Source of the DNA: Chrysochromulina tobinii
Taxonomy: Eukaryota
Length of the DNA: 20,000 nt
Direction: 5' to 3'
NCBI GenBank assembly: GCA_001275005.1
Contig: JWZX01003401.1
Location: 49,313-69,312 of the forward strand
The position numbers were made by a program, and so were the translations under genes. Positions 1 through 8,558 of the stretch are shown piece by piece (positions within the stretch are counted from its first letter, which is position 1; each line of letters begins with the position of its first letter). The notes under the pieces were generated by a model, which did not search any database, was not told the origin of the DNA, and worked only from the letters and a program-made list of their open reading frames with translations.

Positions 1-185
1 GCACCTCAGTGCTTTCCAGAAGATTATGTTGTGGCTCTGTGCGGGGTTTTGGACAATGTTGACAACGACCGAAGGAAGCCTATCGAATGTGCTCTCGAAC
101 TTGAACTTGACTGTCGAACTTTCGGCACCCCGTTCGGACGTTCCGCAAGTTTCGACGAAACCAAAAATAAAGATTGGAGCCCATC

Positions 186-1379
186 ATGGGTTGCGGAGGT
201 TCGAGGCCACTGTCGGCCGCGGAGCACCGCGCCGCGGCACTTAAGGCAGCCATGAAGAAGGCGGAGAAGGACCAGAACGCTCGCCTCGATCGCCGTGAGA
301 GCTTGGCCGTAGTCGTTGACATTGAGGACGAAGCTGAGAAACATGCCGGTACCGTCCGGCTGGACGGCGTCATATTTACCGATCACTACCGGGTCATCGA
401 CAAGCTCGGTGAGGGCGCATTTGGGGTCGTCTCAAAGGTACAAAAAGTCACGGATGGCAAGGAATACGCGGCCAAGGAAGTGCTCCGTTCGCGGTGCCAG
501 CACGCCCAGCAGTGGAAAGCGTCTGTGGACGAGATGACTCTGTGGTCGATTATCAGCTCGCCATACCATCCATCCATACTGCAGCTCATCGAGGTCGTCT
601 ACTTGGAAGATGTGAGCTTTCATTTGGTGACGGAGGTCATGAAGGATGACCTGGCCGGCGCCTTCGGTCATTTCGAGATGTCCGAGCAGAACGCGCGAAT
701 GATCACCGTGCAGCTCGCCGCTGCCATCGCGCACTTGCACAAGAATCACTCGATGGCGCATCGCGACATCAAGCCCGAAAACGTCCTGTGCCGCCGACGC
801 CACAACCCGATGCTGGTCGGAAGCCTCAAGCTCGCCGATTTCGGCTTCTGTGCGAAATTCAGTGGAGGGCCCAAAGAGCCTTGCTTCTCCCTTTATGCTG
901 GCTCGGTCGACTACTTCGCGCCCGAGCTCGCGCAGATCGTGCGCGCGGTCAGAAAGAGGCAGTCACAGCAGGGCATGAAGTACGGCGCGGGGGTGGATTG
1001 CTACGCACTCGGCTGCGTGGTGTTCGAGATGTTTAATGGCTCGACACCGCATTACTTTCCCGATGAGAACAAGCAGATCGAGAAAATCATCAAGGGTGGC
1101 CTGGCCTACCCGAAGGATTCGTTTGGTATGGTGAGCTCGACCGGAATGGACTTTATGAAGCGACTGCTCGAGCCAGATCAGCGGAAGCGGATGACTATCG
1201 AAGAGGCCATGCGCCACAAGTGGCTGCAGTCAGTGCACGATAGCGCGCTGAGCGTGCAGATGGATGAGCCGGCTGATGGGGCGGCTAGGAAGAGCAAATC
1301 TCCAGACGAGCTACTTCGCGCCAAGCGACGCTCCGAGAGGGCGCAGAGTAAGAAAGAGGGGCCTACTTTCGTCGTTTGA
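186..1379 (+). CDS. Ser/Thr protein kinase, CAMK-group-like, with predicted N-myristoylation/palmitoylation start (MGCGGS)
   Basis: The ORF has GEGAFG (Gly loop), YAAK, HRDIKPEN, DFG, YFAPE, DCYALG and the R of subdomain XI. The first ATG at 186 gives MGCGGS. No intron is needed. Confidence 0.93.
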   Translation: MGCGGSRPLSAAEHRAAALKAAMKKAEKDQNARLDRRESLAVVVDIEDEAEKHAGTVRLDGVIFTDHYRVIDKLGEGAFGVVSKVQKVTDGKEYAAKEVLRSRCQHAQQWKASVDEMTLWSIISSPYHPSILQLIEVVYLEDVSFHLVTEVMKDDLAGAFGHFEMSEQNARMITVQLAAAIAHLHKNHSMAHRDIKPENVLCRRRHNPMLVGSLKLADFGFCAKFSGGPKEPCFSLYAGSVDYFAPELAQIVRAVRKRQSQQGMKYGAGVDCYALGCVVFEMFNGSTPHYFPDENKQIEKIIKGGLAYPKDSFGMVSSTGMDFMKRLLEPDQRKRMTIEEAMRHKWLQSVHDSALSVQMDEPADGAARKSKSPDELLRAKRRSERAQSKKEGPTFVV

Positions 1380-1576
1380 TTGAAAGGCCAAGGCCATGTG
1401 GGTGTGCTGTGGGGCGTTGGGTGTGCTGTGAATAGAACCAACTCGTCCGCGCACCCATGCGGCCCGCAGTGCGTAAGATGACTTTAACGGTAATGTCCAC
1501 CCTGATGTCCGAGAAAAGTCCCCCCGGAGGGTTTTGTGAAAAGTGGTTTCGGGTTGCAGCCCTGTCGCCTCCGAAA

Positions 1577-3641
1577 ATGACGGAAGCGGACTCCGGACGA
1601 GCGTCGGAACCGTCCGACGCCTGCGCTCCGATTCCCGCGCCGGGCGCGCCGGCGTCCACCAAATGGACGCCTCCAGCGATTCAGGCGCGAAAGCGAAAGC
1701 TTACAAGGATCTTCTGGCTGCTCGCAACCGTCCAGATTATCATCAACCTGGATGGCGGCGCGGTGCCCGCCGGCCTGCTGCACATCGGCGCGACCTTCGA
1801 CATGGGAACGTCCGAGCTCGGGCTCCTTGCGATGCTTGTCTACCAGGGCGTTGCGCTCGGCTGCCTCACGGTTGGCCCGGCGACGCGCTACATGTCGCCG
1901 CTGCGCTTTACGCAGTTGACGATGGCTCTGAACATTGCATGCACTTGCTTATTCGGAGCGGCTCAGTCGATGGGAATGCTCCTCGCCTTCCGCTTGCTGA
2001 TCGGCTTCCTGCAGGCGATGCCCGCCGTGTACTTCCCCGTGTGGGTCGACGAGTTCGCACCCGCGGATGCTGTGACGTTCTGGATGGCTCTCATAAACGC
2101 GGGAGGACCGCTCGGCATCACCATCGGCTACGTCTTCTCGGGCGCGATGACGAGCGGCGAGCTGGACCCGACCTCGGAGGCCTTCGTCCCGTGCGCCACC
2201 TCCGACGTCAGCTGTGCGTGGCGGGTCCCTTTCTACCTGCAGTCCGGGGCGCTCGTGATGCTCTTCTTCGGCATGCTGCTCATCCCGAAGAGCCTCTTCG
2301 ACCTGGGACAGGACAAGCCGCCTGCCGAGACCAAGGAGCCGGCAAACGCGCCAGTGGCTGCGCCAGGTCAGTCGCCGCGGCGCGAGTCGGCCGGCATGCC
2401 ATCGCCGTCGCCCGACCGATCGCCAGGCAATTCGCCCAAGACAACGCCAGACCTCGCGCCCAAGACAACGCCCATGACAAGCGTTGATCAGTCCGAGGCG
2501 CCCACCTCGTTGTCTGTCGCGGAGGTGGACGAAGAGAGGGGGGACGCGCCCGCCGGGACCACGCCCAAGACAACGCCCAAGAAGCGCAACCTCATCTGTG
2601 AGCTGTTCGGCAACGGCCCGTACATTTTCACCGTCATGGGACTCTCATCGCTCTTCTTCGTCGTCACAGGGGTGCAGGTGTGAATTACCTCGTACATCGT
2701 GGTGTTACGCGCTGCATGCGAGTGCTCACCACGACGCCCTCCTCTCCCCACAGGTGTGGGTGACCTCGTACATCGTGGTCGTCATCGGGAAGAGCCAGGC
2801 GGAGGTCACACCCGCGTTTGGCGTCACCTCCATCACCGCCCCCATCATCGGTGTGATCGCCGGCGGCATCTTCATTGACAAGATTGGCGGCTACAAGGGC
2901 GAGGCGGCGATGGCCCTCACGCTCAAGATTTGCTTCGCCTTCGCGTGCTTGGCGGCAACTTTTGCGATCACCTGCGCGTACGTACCCAAAGCCGTCGCCG
3001 ACCAGGGCGTTAGTTGCATCACAAATACCAGCTCGCCCTTCTACGTGGCGCCCGACGACGCCCGCGCCACAGCCGGCTTCTGGTGGTGCATCGGGCTGAT
3101 CTTTATCACGCTCGTCTTCGGCGGTGCCATCATCCCTGCGGCCATGGGCTGCCTTGTGTCGGCGGTCCCGCCCGACATGCGCAGCGTCGGATCGGCCTTG
3201 TCGATGTTCTGCTTCCAACAGTTTGGGTACGCTTTCTCGCCCCTCGCGTCTGCGCTCATCGGCGACTTGGCCACGTTTAGCCGTGAGGACATCATCGACT
3301 GCCTCGCCCAAACTTGCGCGGGGGGCGTCCAGACAGCTGACTGCCCCTCCAGCGCCGTCATCGATTTCGAGATGAAGAACGCGCAGACGAGGGCATCGCT
3401 CGAGCTGTGCTTCCAAGTAGTAATGCTGTGCGGCTTGCTAGGCGTCGCGTGCTTCTTCGCCTCGTGGCGCTTTGCCGTCGCTCATGCCAATCGTACCAGC
3501 GGAGAGGTACAGACCGCCAAGCCCAAGGTGGCCAACGTCAAGGTGGTGGAGGTGCGCACGGCAGAGGGCGAGATCGATATCTCTGAGATATCGCCGAGGA
3601 TCGATCCTAACGGACTCACTGTCATCGGCGACAAGATCTAG
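1577..3641 (+). CDS. Major facilitator superfamily transporter, Spinster (SPNS)-like; exons ~1577-2677 and 2754-3641
   Basis: Multiple hydrophobic helices and MFS motifs (FRLLIGFLQA, PVWVDEFAP, GGIFIDKIGG, VPPDMRS). Removing the phase-0 intron joins ...VVTGVQ to VWVTSYIVV in frame. The start ATG is uncertain (1577 preferred; upstream in-frame ATGs exist). Confidence 0.87.
2433..2582 (+). repeat. Dispersed coding repeat CGCCCAAGACAACGCC (PKTTP), 3 copies in the MFS central loop
   Basis: Copies at about 2433, 2457 and 2562, translating as SPKTTP, APKTTP and TPKTTPK. Confidence 0.8.
2678..2753 (+). mobile_element. 76-nt GT-AG intron, candidate introner-like insertion with a 29-bp target duplication
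   Basis: CAG|GTGTGA ... GCTCAC ... CCTCCTCTCCCCACAG|GTG. It is required to join the two MFS reading frames. 2675-2703 repeats 2751-2779 (26/29), and core 2713-2737 is shared with the RMND5 intron. The intron call is strong; mobility is inferred. Confidence 0.72.
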
Positions 3642-3731
3642 AGTGATGGAGAATGGTGCATGAAAGGTTTTTAATAGAAACTGAATTAACACCTTTTACT
3701 ATGAGGATTGGAGAATTCTGTACATGTGTCT

Positions 3732-5126
3732 ATGACGGACGGAGGCCGAATGATGATGGACTTGACCACAGCCATTGACACGATCAGCAAAAAGCGCAGG
3801 CTCGATCCGAGTGTGCAGAAGATTGACGAGCTCCTTGAGTTGCTCGAGGGCTGGGAAACACGTGTCCGCGGCGGCTCTGACGAGGCCGTCACCAAAGAGT
3901 TTGCTGCACTGCGCGAGCAGGTCCAGAGGCAGGAGACCAAGCAAGTGATCGCGGCGCACCACAAGGATGTGGTGTCAGCCGCGACGAAGCTGGGTAAGGT
4001 TGCAGATAAGGTCTACCCAAACTTGGAGCATGCAGTGCCACACTGCAGCTTCGCGCCAGAGCTCGTCTACCGAGCCATCTACGAGCATCTTCTCGTCTCG
4101 GGCCGATTCGAGGCGGCGCGCGTCTTCAGCGCCGAGGCGGAGCTAGTTGACCAACACGCGCTCACTGAAGAAATGCAGCTTATGTACGCGGCGTGCCGCG
4201 AGCTCGAGGCGGGAGGGACGGAACTCGTGAGTGCCTGGCTCCAAGAGCACGGCCACGAGCTGCGCGACCATGGCGCCATGCTCGAACTTGAGGTACTCCA
4301 GCTGCGCTTCACGCAGCGCGTGCTGAGCGGCGACACAGCCGGGGCGCTGCAGACGCTCCGCGACTTCTCCACGCGCCAGCTGTTGCGGGCAGGTGCCTCG
4401 GACGACGGCTCGGGCCCTCGACCCGGAGTATGGAGCGCGCCTCGGATGGCTGGAACTAAGGGGGTAGCTCAGACCTACCCCCTTACCGGAACGTCCTTCG
4501 ACGGTGCGCGCTGGCCGGTGCAGTCCTCTCAGCTGACGGCCGAAGCCCGGATGCGCAAGCTCGCGGGTGCGCTCGCGTACGCCCATCAGCCCGCGAGCTC
4601 GCCGTATGCTGAGATGCTCAATGAGCCAGCCCAGCGAGCTCAACTCCGAGATCTCTTCACGAAGGAGTACCTGCTGCGGCTGCGTCGGCCAGCGAGCTCA
4701 TCACTCGAGACGCTAGTGGACGCGGGCACGCTCGCTCTGCCCAAGCTCGCAAAGCTTGCCAGCGTGCTCAAGGACAAGTACGCGCGCATCTGCCTCGAGG
4801 GCGACACGCTGCCCCTCGAGATCGACCTTGGGCCACGCTTTGTACGCCACTCGGTCTTCACGTGCCCTATCTCCAAGGTGCGTTGATTGCCACTGATGAT
4901 CTGCCTTGCATGCAATTGCTCACTACGGCGCTTCAAACCTTTGACGTGCCCTATCTCCAAGGAGGCTGGCACGCCCGACAATCCGCCGATGCTGCTCCTG
5001 TGCGGCCACGTGCTCGGGCTCGCCTCGATCACCAAGCTCGCGCGCGGCTCGCGCTCGGCCCGGTTCAAATGCCCCTACTGCCCTGTCGAGAGCTCGATGG
5101 ACGATGCCAAGGCGCTCGATCTGTGA
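3732..5126 (+). CDS. RMND5: RMND5/GID2-like subunit of the CTLH/GID E3 ubiquitin ligase; exons ~3732-4877 and 4962-5126
   Basis: LisH-like segment (AIYEHLLVSGRFEAARVFSAEA), CTLH/CRA region (LELEVLQLRF; SSLETLVDAGTLALPKL) and, after splicing, the degenerate RING HSVFTCPISKE...NPPMLLLCGHVL...FKCPYCP typical of RMND5/Gid2. The start is among ATGs at 3732-3756. Confidence 0.88.
4434..4512. other. Extended inverted repeat / stem-loop within the RMND5 coding insertion
   Basis: Perfect 11-bp stem TAAGGGGGTAG (4457-4467) / CTACCCCCTTA (4475-4485) with a 7-nt loop. Outer stems: CTGG/CCGG and GGATG/CGTCC (each with one G-U pair), and AGCGCGC (4434-4440) / GCGCGCT (4506-4512). Confidence 0.7.
4878..4961 (+). 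mobile_element. 84-nt GT-AG intron, candidate introner-like insertion with a 19-bp exact target duplication
   Basis: AAG|GTGCGT ... GCTCAC ... CTCCAAG|GAG. It contains an in-frame TGA (4884-4886) and has no AG before 4960-4961. 4860-4878 equals 4944-4962 (ACGTGCCCTATCTCCAAGG). Core 4907-4931 is shared with the MFS intron. Confidence 0.72.
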
Positions 5127-5298
5127 CGACTCAAGCGTGTACACCCCGGGTATTGCTAAAAGAATTGTAACGCCTCTTCGTGGTTCGTAGTAAATATCAG
5201 AAGCCATCCAGCTACTTTTGGGGTGATGAAGCGTACATTGATGGATAGTACCGAGATGATAGTACCTAGAGCTAAAGATCTAATTCTACTGAGTAAAC

Positions 5299-6204
5299 TT
5301 ATGTGAATCGCCACCATCCGTCACGTTGCTGAACGAGGTCACATCTATCTACGCGCACAGAAGCCGCTGCCGTCCGTGTCAGCGAGACGAGCCGTACGGG
5401 ACGCTCAGGTGCCGCGCCTCCGTCCGCAGCGTCCGCACCTGCGACTAGTTCGGTCTGGCTGTCGAGGACAAACGCCGCGGGCGGCGCGCGCAGTATCTCG
5501 AGGAGCCGATCTGTGTGCGCGCTGCCATAAGGGCGGTCGGTGCCGTCGGTGAAGAGGAGCTTGCCGCCCGGCGCAAGCAGTATAGATGCAAGCTCGCCGA
5601 GCCGCTCGACGGCGGCCGAGTCGTACATGACGTCGGGCAGAAGTACCACGTCAAACGGTATCATGGAAGTGATGACGCCTCCGCGAGTCGGAGGCTTTTG
5701 CCAGTCCCATGCGACGGTGCATACGGCGCTCGCCACGTCATTGTCGCGAGCGCTCTGATCTGCGAAGGCCAGTGCAATGGGCTCAATGTCTATTGCGACC
5801 ACGCGCTTCGCTCCGGCAATAGCAGCACTGACCGCAAGAAGCCCAAGCCCGGTTCCAAACTCTAATACGGTTCTCCCGCGAACGAGCTCGGCGTGAGCGA
5901 GGACGTGATTCGCGAGCGCAATGCCACCTGGCCATAGTTGATTCCAATACCATGGTTCAGCGTCGGTAAGCCGCGCGTACTCGAGCGTAAGGAGCTCAAG
6001 ATAGCGCGACCCGGCAGACTCGCCCTCACACGCCTCTTGGGCAAAAGCGTGCGCTCTACGAATGTGGCTGCGCGTGATGAAATCCGAGGGCGGCACGCGT
6101 AGTGTCACACCGCGCAGCACCGCGCGTGCTTCGCACTGCTCCGGATCCGGCGGTGGAGACGCCAGCGCATCGGCTATTAGCCTTCGTCGATGTGCCCCAT
6201 TCAT
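5299..6204 (-). CDS. Seven-beta-strand lysine methyltransferase (Methyltransf_16 family), METTL20/ETFBKMT-like
   Basis: PWYWNQLWPGGIALA, VRGRTVLEFGTGLG (motif I), VVAIDIEPIA (post-I) and FDVVLLPDVMYD (DxxY motif II). Confidence 0.85.
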   Translation of the reverse strand: MNGAHRRRLIADALASPPPDPEQCEARAVLRGVTLRVPPSDFITRSHIRRAHAFAQEACEGESAGSRYLELLTLEYARLTDAEPWYWNQLWPGGIALANHVLAHAELVRGRTVLEFGTGLGLLAVSAAIAGAKRVVAIDIEPIALAFADQSARDNDVASAVCTVAWDWQKPPTRGGVITSMIPFDVVLLPDVMYDSAAVERLGELASILLAPGGKLLFTDGTDRPYGSAHTDRLLEILRAPPAAFVLDSQTELVAGADAADGGAAPERPVRLVSLTRTAAASVRVDRCDLVQQRDGWWRFT

Positions 6205-6336
6205 GGGTCAAGAAACATTCACAGTGGAAAGTCCCTGTGAATGTGATGGTCCCTCAACACAATCGTGGTGGGTTCCTAGGAGGCCCGCGGACAAGGGTCA
6301 CTGACAGGAAACCGGACCAAACCTAGCTTGAGCGTT

Positions 6337-6395
6337 ACTCACTCACTCTCACTCACTCACTCACGTCACTCACTCACTCACGCGTCACCACTCAC
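6337..6395. repeat. Imperfect (ACTC)n tetranucleotide microsatellite
   Basis: ACTCACTCACTCTCACTCACTCACTCACGTCACTCACTCACTCAC... in the intergenic spacer. Confidence 0.9.
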
Positions 6396-6465
6396 CCTGA
6401 ACCTAGCGCTCTCGATGCACCGCCATCGGGTTGGCGTGCCCCCCCAAGCCCTATCCCGCGACGAT

Positions 6466-6486
6466 ACTGACTGACTGACTGACTGA
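6466..6486. repeat. (ACTG)5 microsatellite
   Basis: ACTGACTGACTGACTGACTGA read directly from the sequence. Confidence 0.9.
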
Positions 6487-6650
6487 GTTATCCCATTCCC
6501 TCCGTGCGGCCTACAGCTACACGCTCGGCAGAGAACCCGACGGTGTCGTGTGCTGGTCGTTCTCACAGGGGCTCGTGGGTGCTGAGAGGCGCCGAGGCAC
6601 ACGCAAGGCACACCGACGTGACGATGGACAGAAGTGTGATTCGCGCCGAC

Positions 6651-8558
6651 CTACGCGGGGTGCCCACCATGATCACTCCTCGCTAACGCTGTTGGAGCAT
6701 CCATCAGCATCACTCCTCTCTGATCGATAATACGCTTGTTCGCAACGCGCACACAGAAGACGGCCGAGGTGGCGCCGATGGCCGCCCCAAAGCCGAGGGC
6801 AAGTAGGGCCACGAAGATCAGCCTGCCTATGTCGTCGCCGGGGGGGGGCGGAGAGACTTCGGGCGGTGTCGAGGGGGGGGGGCTGGGGGGGGCGGGAGGA
6901 TTGACGAGACCGCCGGATTGGGCGTCGGCGTCACCGTGGCCATGGATAGTTGCGTTGTATTGCTCAATGCAGCGCTGCCGCGTCGCCGAGCTGCGCATGA
7001 TCCACGCGCCGTCCTGGTTGGCGTACGGGTCCTCCGCATTGTCGGTTTTGGAACTCGAGCGCGACATGCAGCTCTCGGCATCGAGATTGATGTGAGCGAG
7101 TGACGGGTCGCCATTCGCGCCAGTGCCGTTGGCTGACATGCAACTGGAGCGCGACCAGTTGTACCACGCGTGGCTCTGGTTGACGATCGTGAGCAGACCT
7201 ACGCCGAACGTCGCCTGACGAAACGCCGACCAACTGGGCTGCGACGGGAGCCACGGCATGTAGGCGCCTTCGTAGTTGCCCCCATCGCCTAAGTTGAGGT
7301 AGACGGGGCCGCACTCGTCCACGAGGCCCCGGTAGACGGGGAGGGTGCGCTCATACGCATGCACGTGGCCCGAGAGTACAAGGTCGACTCCCGCCTCGTA
7401 CAGGTCCGCCTCCATGTGCTGCCTCATGAGCTCCGCCTCGCCCTTGTGGCCCGAATTCGTGTTGTACCAAGGCGCGTGCATCATCACGATCACCCACGGC
7501 GTCATGGACCGATCGATGCGCGCGAGGTCGCGGCGCAGCCAGCGGTGCTGAAGCGAGCCGGGCGCCGTCGCCGCGTACGAGCAGAGCGAGATCAGGTGCA
7601 CTGGCCCGACGTCTATTGAGTACCACAAGTTCGTCGGTGAGCCGCTCGCGGTATGGGGCATCGGGTAGCGAGCGTTATACGACACAAAGCCCTCACCGGA
7701 ACCGAGCTCGTGGTTGCCGGCGGTGGTCATCACTGGGACCGCGGCGGCGAGCGGCTCCATCATGCGTCCGTACGTGTCCCAGCGCGGTAGCCAGCCGTCC
7801 GCATAGCTCAGATCTCCCGCGAGGAGGACCACGCCGACCCCGACCGTCTCCGCCCGCCTGCGAAGCAGCTCCACGTTGGCACGAGAAGCGCGCGTCTGGC
7901 CGAGATCGGCGGTGAGGCCCACCGAGAACGGGTAGGTGCCCTCGCCACTCGTAGGATCGGGCGGCATCGTGAACGAATAGTCGCGCGTGTGGCCGGCGAC
8001 GCGGTAGCCGTATGTGCGCCCCGCCAGAAGCCCCGACAGCGTGGCCGTGCAGATGAGAGGCGTTGCGTAGATCATCGCCGGATTCCTGTAGGACCCAAAT
8101 TCGCCCGTTTTCAACGTCGTGGGTTCATAGTAGCTTTTTGACTGTCCAAACGGAAAGATGCTCAGCGCACTCGCCCAGCTGCTGGTGTTCTGCATCTGGA
8201 GGATTGCACGCTCATCCCATGGTGCACCCATACTGGGATGAATGAGTTCACTACCGACGTAGAGCAGCTGGCTGTATGCAGCAGCCGTGCCATTGACTGT
8301 CCTGCTGAACGAGTCGGGGCCCCAATAAACTACTGAAGGCCGAGTCTCATCATCAGCAGTCGCCCACGACACAACCATTTCACCCGGCCCCCCGAATGCG
8401 AGGTGCACCTGCTCCACGCAAAGCCGCTGCTGGTTGGTTAGGTTACAAACTGGCGGCGCGAGTCCATCGTCCGAGTCAGCGCTCAGCAGGCGCGAAGCTG
8501 GCGGCCGTGGAATATCCACCGTGATGGCAACAGCAGCAGCAAAACATGCCCACAGCAT
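6651..8558 (-). CDS. Purple acid phosphatase (metallophosphoesterase) with signal peptide, Pro-rich stalk and C-terminal TM helix
   Basis: All five PAP metal-ligand blocks are present: ADLG, GDLSY, GNHE, VMMH, GHVH. The N-domain has EQVHLAF...MVVSWAT. ATG 8558 gives the hydrophobic leader MLWACFAAAVA. The C-terminus has PPAPPSPPPSTPP followed by LIFVALLALGFGAAIGATSAVFCV. Confidence 0.93.
   Translation of the reverse strand: MLWACFAAAVAITVDIPRPPASRLLSADSDDGLAPPVCNLTNQQRLCVEQVHLAFGGPGEMVVSWATADDETRPSVVYWGPDSFSRTVNGTAAAYSQLLYVGSELIHPSMGAPWDERAILQMQNTSSWASALSIFPFGQSKSYYEPTTLKTGEFGSYRNPAMIYATPLICTATLSGLLAGRTYGYRVAGHTRDYSFTMPPDPTSGEGTYPFSVGLTADLGQTRASRANVELLRRRAETVGVGVVLLAGDLSYADGWLPRWDTYGRMMEPLAAAVPVMTTAGNHELGSGEGFVSYNARYPMPHTASGSPTNLWYSIDVGPVHLISLCSYAATAPGSLQHRWLRRDLARIDRSMTPWVIVMMHAPWYNTNSGHKGEAELMRQHMEADLYEAGVDLVLSGHVHAYERTLPVYRGLVDECGPVYLNLGDGGNYEGAYMPWLPSQPSWSAFRQATFGVGLLTIVNQSHAWYNWSRSSCMSANGTGANGDPSLAHINLDAESCMSRSSSKTDNAEDPYANQDGAWIMRSSATRQRCIEQYNATIHGHGDADAQSGGLVNPPAPPSPPPSTPPEVSPPPPGDDIGRLIFVALLALGFGAAIGATSAVFCVRVANKRIIDQRGVMLMDAPTALARSDHGGHPA

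Noticed and set aside
1935..1956. TTGCATGCACTTGCTTA resembles the shared intron core (TTGCATGCAATTGCTCA)
   Set aside because: It lies in an uninterrupted TM-coding frame (NIACTCLFG), lacks the CTCAC branch motif and has no flanking duplication; treated as chance.
4884..4886. In-frame TGA between two RMND5 ORFs as stop readthrough or selenocysteine
   Set aside because: It falls inside a canonical GT-AG intron whose removal gives the conserved RING spacing.
6838..6900. G-run cluster (G-quadruplex-like) on the + strand
   Set aside because: Fully explained by CCN proline codons of the PAP stalk on the - strand.
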